The translations under genes and the position numbers were made by a program. Positions 53,430 to 64,000 of a DNA stretch of 64,000 nt are shown piece after piece (position 1 is the first letter of the stretch; each line of letters opens with the position of its first letter). Under the pieces are notes generated by a model. The model was not told where the DNA came from. It made no database searches and saw nothing but the letters and a program-made list of their open reading frames with translations. Source of the DNA: Eledone cirrhosa (taxonomy: Eukaryota); NCBI GenBank assembly GCA_964016885.1, contig OZ024741.1:29016001-29080000 (forward strand), written 5' to 3'.

Positions 53430-53580
53430 AGAAAGTGAACAACAAAATATAACTACTCCGTTACCAAAGGTTTCTGGATCACATCTCTGTCTGATGAACG
53501 ATCCAGACGTATATTATTATCCTCTGTGATCCAGAAACCTTTGGTAATGGAGTAGTTATATTTTGTGTTGTTCACTTTCT
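53430..53580 (+). ncRNA. Fold-back (~54-bp arms) overlapping a type I hammerhead motif at 53485-53552
   Basis: CTCTGT-CTGATGA-..GATCCAGA..TCTGTGATC..-GAAA-CC(ttt)GG-TA^ATGGAG. Arms 53430-53483 and 53525-53580, with (TA)n on the right. Confidence 0.65.
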
Positions 53581-53631
53581 TATTATATATATATATATAT
53601 ATGGGCGTGTTTATAGTTACATATACACTCG

Positions 53632-53730
<99 letters not shown>

Positions 53731-54528
53731 TCATAGGCTCCTAGAAACACTTATTCACCTATCCACGTAAAATATCTATTTTATTTGAGAAACATTAACT
53801 ATTGAAGAAGAAATCTGTGATAAAGTATGAGTAAAAATGAATAAACCAAAACTGTAAACCAGAACACAATGGAGGACAACATGGAAAAAGAGAAATTATT
53901 ACTTGCTTCCACCCCAACCACTTTTAATGCACATTACACATATGAATCAAGTGATATGACACGTGACGTGAATAGGAAATATAACTCAACGTTGAGATTT
54001 ACTTCACATAGTATTCTCTTTCGTTGGTTGGATAAACGACGGATATCTGGCATTTCTGAATACTAAGCGGCGTTTTAAAGAAGTCATTATCAATTTCTTT
54101 CTCACCTGTGATTTATATTTCAGTTGTCTGTGTGTATATATTTGTTGTGTAGGATTGTTTGAATGAAATATGCAGGAAAACATTGGACGAAAATTTATAG
54201 GATACCCCATTATTCAGTAACTTAAAATGGCGTTTTGATGTGTATATGCATAAAAGACGCTCGTTCACATACATACACACATACACAGACACATACACAT
54301 ACATACACACATACAGCAGCTCACTAAGACCAATATTTCAATAGTATATATGATATATATATATACATATATATATATATTATATATATATGTGTGTGTG
54401 TGTATACCACACACACACACACACACATATATAGTACTCATGCCTATGAGATTTTATTACCAATAATATAGAGGTATGAATATATTATGCATATTTCCAT
54501 AATCACACAGACAACATAGGTGTGCTTG

Positions 54529-54560
<32 letters not shown>

Positions 54561-55065
54561 CTTAAACTTATGTGTGTGTGAGTTTGTGTATGTGCGTATG
54601 GATGTGTATGTGTGTGCGAGTGTATATGTGTGTGTACTTCCTTATGATACACACATATACACATATACATACATATATAATATATATACAATTCTTCATT
54701 TCCAAAATTCATCTGCTATAGTAGACGTTGGCATGTAGCAACCTTCGTGAATGTAATCACATGCGATATGAAATATAAACTAGAATGATATCCTACAATA
54801 AATATTACGACCTATAAAATATGCTATAAAATTCTATATCCTGATATTTCCATTTACACTAGTATCCAATATCAGTGGACCTATACACACAGTTATATCC
54901 CCTTATACACCATCACCGCTCTCCTTTCTCTAATGGTTAATGGCAGAGTGATGAAAAGGTTGTGAAAAGTTAAATCATGGCTGTAGTTTAAAAATAAAAT
55001 ATTAAATTAGTGAGAAAAGGTGGTGGGGACACCATCTTACATTTTTAATGGTCGCTTGGTTTACC

Positions 55066-55770
55066 ATGTGGAGTTGCGTGGTCTAATGGTAAGGGTGTGG
55101 GACTTACGATCATAATGTCGTGGGTTCTATTCCTGGGATGGGTTGTGTGTTGTGTTCTTGAGCAAAACACTTCATTTCATGTTGCCCTGTATACTCAGCA
55201 GATAATGAGTACCAGCAATAGCTGGGGGTTTAACCTTGCGACGGATTATCGTCCTGTCCAGGGGAAGTCTTGTACTCTCTGTCTCTTCACGCCATGAAAC
55301 CGGGATAAGTACTGGCCTAACGAGCTTTAAATGGCTTATGGCAGACTTTAGACTGTTTTAGGCTTGAATTACTACAGATGTCTTACACTGTCGGTGAAGG
55401 GGTGTATCTTTGTGGTTAGGGTATTCGGCTTACAATTGTAAGCCCATGAATTCGATTCCCGGAGTAAGGTTGTGTCCTTGAACAAGACACTTTATTTCAC
55501 TTTTCTCCAGTTCACTCAGCTGGAGAAAATGTGTTGTGCCTGTAATACGAAGGGCCAGCCTTGTCATATTCTGTGTCACGGTGAATCTCCCTGAGAACTA
55601 CGTTAAGGCCACGCGTGTCTGTGGAATGCTCAGCCACTTGCACGTTAATTTCACGAGCATATCAATTGGATATCCTTTGATATTACCATATCAATTGGAT
55701 ATGATATTCTTTGATCATATCAATTGGAACACTCATCGTCGTAACCGACGGAGTACCAGTTATATTGGCA
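55066..55770 (+). mobile_element. Two SINE family B-related copies (~55066-55350 and ~55395-55770)
   Basis: GTGGTCTAATGGTAAGG or GTGGTTAGGG head, TTC(G/T)ATTCC B-box, and GTGT(T/C)CTTGA(G/A)CAA core. Confidence 0.75.
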
Positions 55771-55819
55771 GAAGTGGTTTGGTCAACGGCAAACCATATC
55801 GAATATTTTTGTGATTTGC

Positions 55820-56145
55820 TACGAGGGTCGGCTGACTATAAAGGTGTGATACTAGAGCTGTGAAATCTTGCATGCATTAATTTCAACTCTTCTTTTTAGT
55901 AACTGCATTGTTTCTTTCCAGAGGCTAAGCTGAAAAATAAACGTCATTTGGCCATTCCATGGGAGTATCTTAGTCAGCCTATGAAGGAGTGATGCTAGAC
56001 CTGTGTAATGTTGCATGCATCTATTTCATCTCTTGTCAATAACGTCATTGTTTCTTTCCAGAGACTATGTTGAAAAATAAACGTCATTTGGTCATTCCAC
56101 GAGAATATCTTGGTCAGCCTATTCATTTTTCATTCAACCCCCGTA
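55820..56145. mobile_element. Possible mariner-derived MITE with an internal duplication
   Basis: TACGAGGG.. at the left end and ..CAACCCCCGTA at the right end. A ~130-bp internal direct repeat. Confidence 0.5.
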
Positions 56146-57533
56146 TATATCGTTGTTTTAGGGATGTTAAATATGTCCTATATAGTGGAATGTTGTATGA
56201 TATATGCGACAGTGCTTTTGTTGCCAAAGATTGCAGCTTCTTCACAAAGCGCTTGAGCAAATTCCGTGTCCTTGCATTCTTAGTTCAAGGCCGACCTTCC
56301 ATTTTTTCACAGCTATTTGCGCCAGAGTTCAAATCTTAACATGGTTTAATCTGTTGCCTGATTTAACACCAATAATTTAACACCATCAACTCTGTTGCAG
56401 GTATCTGAGTCAGGTGTCAGGTTTAACGATGCCTTCTCCCCCTCCCTCATGACTACGCAGGGAAAACAACTAGATTTTAGTTACAGAACATATTTTTTGC
56501 CATTTCTTGATCTACTATAAATTGCATCTAAATCCCCAAATTAGATCTTATCATCTTAAAAATTAAAGGACGCTTTGGATAATGCAGTTCTAGATAATTA
56601 TCTAAAGATGACGAGATGATTCCGGTTGGGATGCTTTACGGAGACGGTTTTTCAGATTAAAGCTAACCTAGGGGCAAAGAACAGCAGCAGCCACCACACC
56701 CTAGTGTTTCATCCTCAGGGGGTCGATAAAATAAAGTACCAGTAACATAGTGGGGTCGATTTAATCGACTCCCCCCTCCCCAAATTACTGGCCTTGTGCC
56801 TATACTAGAAATCATTATTTCAAGTGACTCTCAAGCTGACTGAGGAAACACACGATGCAATATAGCTCACGTACACAATGTGTCATCTATTTGTCTCAAC
56901 TAAAATTACTATAACACATTCTACTCTTCTGAGTTGATGTGTTGTACGAAAATGAATTCTTCTATATGGTTGCTGGATTCGCTTGAAATAGCAATCCCCA
57001 TGTTTTGTATTGCTTCATTATATGATTTTGGAAGTTTCTGGTAAGAAGACTTTAATCTAGTGCCGTAACAAAAAAAACCTTTATTCCTAGCTCTGATTTC
57101 TGTGCGTCTCAATCAGTGGTGAGGTTTACACCACTTCTCTTTTGTTCAGCCTTCCCATGTATTAACATAATTGGTTGGGGCTTTTTGTTATCATTTTAGT
57201 ATGATGATCTGTAGTCCCATTTTCGGTCTAGTTCATAGCTTTTGCACGATTCCTGTTCTTTTTTATTACACCAACTTCTGTTTCATATTCTTTTGTATTT
57301 AGTCTTTCTGAAATCTTCTCGGAATTGATATGATAATTTACTAGTAAATTACTGCGGGTCTCTTAGATTGATACTTGTACCCCCTAGGCTTCTTCATGAA
57401 AGAGAGACTTCAGTTGATATTTCTAGAAAAATATTCATAAGGCTGCTTGCACTTTAACGAACAATAATGTGAGCACCAACACTCACACTATTCCTTGTTA
57501 TGAGCAGTGACCACAGGTATGATTAGCTTTAAA

Positions 57534-58258
57534 GGGCGATGGATTTACAGTATCGGTAGAGCGTCGGGCACCATGCATAGCAGCCTAGCGTCACGTCCCT
57601 TTATGTTCTGAGTTGAAATCTCGTCGAGGTTAGCTTTGCCTTTCATCCTTATGGGATTGATTAAATAAAGCACCAGTAACGTACTGGGGTCGATTTAATC
57701 GATCTTCCCTTACCCAAAATTGTTGGCCTTGTGCCTAACCGGAAACCATTATTAGCTTTAAAGCCTTAATAATGGAACAATATGACAGAAACCCTATAAT
57801 AACGTAGTCTAGTGGTAAGGGTGTTGAACTTCCGATCATAATATTGTGGGTTCAATTCCTGGACTGGGTTGTGTTGTGTTCTTGAACAAAACACTTTATT
57901 TCATGTTATTTCAGTATACTCAACTGGAAATTAGTACCAGAAATAGCTGGTGATTAACCCTGCGGTGGACTGGCGTCCTGTCCAAAGTGTCTTGTTCTCT
58001 CAGTCGCTTTACGTCACAGAAACCGGGATAAGAACCAGTCTGATGAGACTCCTGGCTCTACACAGACATATTGCTATTTACAGAACGACATTAGTTCATG
58101 GTGGTGGATTGGCAGTATCGGTAGAAGGTCGGACGCATGCTTTGTAGCATAGAGTTACGGCCCTTTACAGTCTGAGTTCAATTCCTGTCAACTTTGCTTT
58201 CTTCCTTACGGGGTCGATAAAATAAAGTACCAGTAATGCACTTATTGAAACAATTATT
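57534..58258 (+). mobile_element. Cluster of SINE A (~57534-57750), SINE B (~57800-58060) and SINE A (~58098-58258)
   Basis: Matches to the family sequences. A further SINE A 3' half lies at ~56706-56818. Confidence 0.8.
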
Positions 58259-58762
58259 GAAGTTTATCCCAATTACAAAAATACGCAAAACTGGTGACTC
58301 TACACCAAAGTTAGACATAGTTATATTTAAGTGTGTGTGGGGAAAGTAAATATAAAATACTTGGCAAAATATTTGATTCCACTTTGACTTATTTCAAACC
58401 ATATACGATATAGCTTGAACCATATATAATCTTAAATTATGTTGACTTTATCACTTGCTCCATTTAACACCACTGTCCATTGCTTTGCTCTTCGGTACAT
58501 TTAGACGAATCTATTTAGTTGGGTGAAGTCTCATGCCAAGAACAACTTACACGCTTCACCCCAACTGTCATAGACCCCTCCCCTAATGAGGAAAGAAAGA
58601 CAGTCTTTCATCCTTTCATTATGTCATAAAGAAGCAAATACTGCGCAAGAAATACATGTTTTAATTCTACATAAAAATAGACATAATTGCTGTATATACA
58701 AGTGCAGAAATACCGGCTACGACTGACTACTAACGAATAACACATTCTTCTACGTAATGTCC

Positions 58763-58807
<45 letters not shown>

Positions 58808-59894
58808 TCATGCTTTATTTAAGATATGAACATATATAAACACTCACATATGTATATACTCTTTTACCTGTTTCAGCAATCCGGCTGAGGCCATGCTGGG
58901 GCACCGCCCTTGGGATATATATATATATATATATATACATATACATAATGCATACACACACACGCGCACACACACACACATATATATATACATATACACA
59001 CGCATATAATATATATACATATATATATATTAATATATATACATTTCTATCTAGCTATCTATCGTTCTCACCCCCCCCCCCCTCTATATATATAGTTCAA
59101 AGGACAAATAAACAAACGCAGGAGTCAGTAGTACATAGTGTTCTTAACTTCACGCTTGGTGGGAGTGGGAGAGGTTGCGAATATATGTGTGTGTATGTGT
59201 ATGCGTATGTATGTATGTATGTATGTGTGTGTGTGTGTGTATGTCTATGTGTGTGTGCGTGTGCCTGCATATACACTCTAATAAACTATAGGTTTATATG
59301 TTTGCGTGTGTGAGAATGTGAGAAACGAGAAGAATATAAAAGCAATGAGGATAAAACAATGCAAACTTCTAGAAAGAAAGAAAAATATGAAGACATAAAG
59401 CACGTTCACGAAACTTTGATTAATAAATTATTTGATTAATTAATCTCCATCTTTATTATTTATTTGTTGTTCTCTTTATATTTACACCATTACATTTTTA
59501 GCACATGCTTATTTTGCAAGTCATTAACACTTATTGTAGTTTTAAAATTTAACGATTTTTGCTGTGTTGGCATAATTAGAAAGAACAATAAGAAATATAC
59601 TACACTCACCCTTAATGACTGCATTAAATTAGGCAGATTTATTTGTATTTATAAAGCAATAAGTATGAAGATACTTGGTAGGCTACCAAAGGTTTCGTAG
59701 TTCATATTTATTCAAGCCCCTCATATGCCAACGTATTGTAAAGTTGTTTGATAAATATATATTTAACCACTTCAGTTTCTGTTGGATCAAATAAGTCCAA
59801 GATAAGCTTATGTTATTTCACCATGATCGATCTGTGATTTAACTTTGGAGATTTTTGAAGAAAAAGAAAACATATTTTTGTTAAAAATCGAGGG

Positions 59895-60245
59895 AGGGGT
59901 AAAGGGTAAAGATCCCCTTTGGTCACGAATGACCATGGGATTTACACCTAGAATGTTCCCCTCAGAGGCACAAGTCTGGGCAAGGTTTGTTTGTGGAAGA
60001 CCGGCAGTCGCCCATGCATACCAGTCTCCCCACTCCATGGCACTGATATTGTCCAAGGGAAAGGCAATGGCCGATACAGTTTGGCACTAGTGAGGTCCTA
60101 TACATTTCTACAGCTGAGTGAACTGGAGCAACTTGAAATAAAGTGTCTTGCCCCAAAACACAATGCAGAGCAGATCCGAGAATCGAACTCTCAACCTCAC
60201 GATTGTAAGCCCGACATTCTAACCACTAAGCCATGCGCCTTCACA
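59895..60245 (-). mobile_element. SINE family B
   Basis: Reverse complement of 23165-23485. Confidence 0.8.
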
Positions 60246-60569
60246 CAGCCATGCGAGGGAGACAATTATGTTATGTGGAATTATAAAAGATTGATGCATC
60301 ATCAGTAGGAGAAAGAACACAATAGCTGTGGTGGAAGAACAAGATATGTGTTGGAGGAATATAAAAGGAAGATAAATGAGAATAGGGGGAATGTAGAAGA
60401 GTAAAGTGAAGTATAAAGTGAAGGGCTATAGAGGATTTTCTTATCTCTGCTGTGCAAACATCTCTTGCTTTCATTTTAAAATGAAATTCCATTTACTACA
60501 GCAGTCTGAAGATAGTCTTTCAATTATCAGTATTAGTCGACTATTAATTTTGCGTTACTTTATCTATAT

Positions 60570-60840
60570 ATGTGGAGAAGCGTGGTCTAGTGGTAAGGCT
60601 GTTGGACTTAGGATCATAATATTGGGATGGGTTGTGTGTTGTGTTCTTGAGCAAAACATTTCATTTCACGCCGCTCCAGTATGCTCAGTTGAAAATGAGT
60701 ACCAGCAGTAGCTGGGAGCTTAACTCTGCGACGGACTGGCATCTCGTCCAAGGGGAAGTTGTGTACTCTCAGTTGCTTCAAACCACGAAACCGGGATAAA
60801 CACCGACTTAACAAGCTTTAAATGGTTTAAGTCAGACTTT
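60570..60840 (+). mobile_element. SINE family B-related copy
   Basis: Homologous to 55066-55350 and 57800-58060. Confidence 0.8.
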
Positions 60841-61175
60841 TATCTATATATCTAAAGGACGAGGTATAACTATAAAGTGTTCGCGTAAATTTCTTTTCTG
60901 TTATAACTAAGTAACGTTTGCCTGACACTTGTAGGTTGGGATTTTTTGTGGTGACATCTCATGAATTATGGTCTCTTCGTTGCCTAATTTATCATGCTAG
61001 CATATTAGTATTCCTTCACGAACATGTGATTTTGTGTTTGTTGGAGGCTTGGTGATCTTGATATAGTATTTTTTTACATTTATGATACAGAGCCTTAGGT
61101 TGACTCGCGTTGAATAAGAAATAGAATTACGTTGTTCGCTCCAACATAGCTGTATACATACATGTATGTAAAGTT

Positions 61176-61273
<98 letters not shown>

Positions 61274-62430
61274 GTAATAATAATAAATTTGGAGACTAAA
61301 ATCCAAAGAGGGCTCGATAAGGATAAATATATATCAAATATATAAGAACCATGGAGCAAATATTTATTAAAATAACAGATTAAAGTTTAAGCAAAGAATC
61401 TCTGCTTTCACCCTTAACGGGATCTTCTGAAACTAAAAAAATCAATCTGTGAACGCAGAAGTAAATATTCGAAAAACGTTGCAACCGGAGGAAGACAGGA
61501 AGACGATACTTTGTGTTCGTGGAAACGTTCCCTGGCAAAGAACCGAAAAAAACGAAGATTATACGTCATTATGTGGAACGGTGAGATCAATTACGCGCAA
61601 AGACAAAACCACGTAAATGGTATAACTAAAGTCGTAGACTAATATTCTATTAGGTGGTTCGTGGAGACGTTCTCTGGCAATGAGCAGAAAAAACGAAGAT
61701 AATACGTCATTATGTGGAGCGTGGAGGTCGATAATATAAAGTACCAGTAATGTACTGGGTAATTGCTGGCCTTGTGCCAAATGTAGAAACAATTATGTGG
61801 AGCGATGAGAACAATTACACGCAAAGACAAAACCACGTTTATGGTATAACTGAAGTCGTAGACTAAAATTCTATTTAGGAAACCGAATCATTCTCGGCTT
61901 CAGAGTTAAGAATAATGTAAATAAATTACAGAGGTAATTGAAATCAACAAAAATTAAATATATACATGCACGCATCCATATACGTACATACACATGCATC
62001 TGCGAAAACACCCGCCATGGGGTATGCAAAATCAAGCACGCACACAAAAAAACACGCACGCACATACAGAACCTACGCAACGCCGGTACTCGCACACATA
62101 CGAACGTATACACCAAATGCACATAAACAATATATAAAAAAAATATAGTTCAAGAGTAAACAATCGTAAAGAGAGAGATGGAGTTAGGAGAGGAGATAGA
62201 AGAGGAGAAGAGAGATTGGTGAATAAGTTAGAAGCCAAAGCATAAAGGCATGTGCTCAATATGCAATGTGCAGTGGAAGGTAGCTAGGTGGCTGGGTTCA
62301 TGCAGTGGTTAGGTGCACAGAGCTGGAAATATTCATTAGTTAAGCAAAACAAGACCATAAATTTCACAAGGAAGACATTATTAAAAGATTGTCAACATAG
62401 TTTTAGTTTAATGTAAGGTATGTAGATAAA

Positions 62431-62464
<34 letters not shown>

Positions 62465-62929
62465 TTAATAATGTCCGTATACAATTGTTTCGCTACTCCA
62501 TATAATATTTCTGGATCAAATGATTATAGATCAGTATTGATCTGGTTCAGTTGAAGATAATTAAATTAGGTACAATTAGAGCACCTCATCGGAACTTCAA
62601 AAGGAATTTATATTAAAATAAAGAATGTTACATGAATGTAATGTTCCATATATTGGTATTTCACTATGGTGTCCTGGGTATATCTATTGTCTGCCATAGT
62701 CGAGCAGTATTCTTCTGTCGAGGCCGCATTGTGTGAGATATGCCTACGGGTAACAAGATGGCCGCCAATGGACATATTTACCTTACTAATTAGAGGGTGG
62801 TTTCAGGGGAAGTAACTCCTCGAGAAATTAGAAATTGGCGCTAATTTTTTTATTGAGAGACAATGTGGGGGAGGTAACTTATAATTATCTAAGTTAGCTA
62901 TAACTATTTAACTTATTAGCTATAAGTAC

Positions 62930-64000
62930 TCCTCTACACGCCACACCATTAATCCCCCCTCCACTACCCTACACCTCCACACCATTAACCTCAATCCACT
63001 CCCCTAGACCTCCACACCATTAATCCCCCCTCCATAACCTCTAGACCTCCACTCCATTAATCCCGCTCCACACCATCAATCCCCGCGCCACACCTCTAGA
63101 CCTCCACACCATTAATCCTCCCTCCACTACCCTAAACACCATTCCATTATATCCCCACTCCCCTACACCCCACTCCATTAATCCCCCATCCATTCCCCTG
63201 GACCTCCACTCCATCAATCCCACCGACACACCTCTAAACCTCCACTCCATCAATCCCACCTCCACACTTCTAGACCTCCAATACATCAATCCCACCGCCA
63301 CACCTCTAGACCTCCACTCCACCGATCCCACCGCCACACCTCTAGACCTCCACTCCATCCATCCCACCGCCACACCTCTAGACCTCCACTCCATTAACCC
63401 CCCTCCACTCCCCTAGACCTCCACTCCATTAACCCCCTTCCACTCCCTTAGACCTCCACTCCATCAATCCCACCGCCACACCTCTAGACCTCCACTCCAT
63501 CAATCCACCTCCACACCTCTAGACCTCCTCTCCATCAATCCCACCGCCACACCTCTAGACCTCCACTCCACCAATCCCACCTCCACACCTCTAGACCTCC
63601 ACTCCACCAATCCCACCGCCACACCTCTAGACCTCCACTCCACCAAATCCACCGCCACACCTCTAGACCTCCACTCCATTAACCCCCTTCCACTCCCCTA
63701 GACCTCCACTCCACCAAATCCACCGCCACACCTCTAGACCTCCACTCCATTAACCCCCTTCCACACCTCTAGACCTCCACTCCACCAATCCCACCGCCAC
63801 ACCTCTAGACCTCCACTCCATTAAGCCCTTCCATTACCCTAGACCTCCACTCCATCAATCCCACCTCCACACCCCTAGACCTCCACTCCATTAACCCACT
63901 TCCACTCCCCTAGACCTCCACTCCACAAATCCCACCTCCACACCTCCAGACCTCCACTCCACCAATCCCACCGCCACACCTCTAGATCTCCACTCCATTA
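62930..64000. repeat. 36-bp minisatellite (CCACACCTCTAGACCTCCACTCCATCAATCCCACCG)n running off the window end
   Basis: Read directly from the sequence. The overlapping ORF 63041-63394 has a 12-aa period. Confidence 0.95.

Noticed and set aside
63041-63394. 12-aa repeat protein MEWRSRGVAVG..
   Set aside because: By-product of the 36-bp minisatellite. Variant units contain stops and indels.

Overview
Repeat-dense, AT-rich animal genomic DNA, probably cephalopod/octopus-like (inferred from the SINE and microsatellite content). No host protein-coding gene is recognisable. (1) 3.4-22.7 kb is a ~19 kb nest of non-LTR retrotransposons inside one compound (AAC/AAT)n microsatellite. Tx1-clade LINEs (APE-RT) all lie on the minus strand, R4/Dong-clade LINEs (RT-RLE) all lie on the plus strand, and most junctions are (AAT)n tracts. 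A SINE whose 3' tail resembles the Tx1 3' end shares the site. (2) A graded series of fold-back elements sits in (TA)n tracts and carries type I hammerhead ribozyme motifs. It runs from a 1.8 kb Penelope GIY-YIG remnant with inverted pLTRs down to ~100 bp hairpins that seem to fold back at hammerhead helix II. A stand-alone intact-looking hammerhead lies at ~27.9 kb. (3) The rest comprises Helitron-like ends around a two-sided CTAG palindrome, RTE and Hero/NeSL remnants, two tRNA-derived SINE families, MITEs, many microsatellites and a 36-bp minisatellite. All calls are by eye, boundaries are approximate, and no searches were run.
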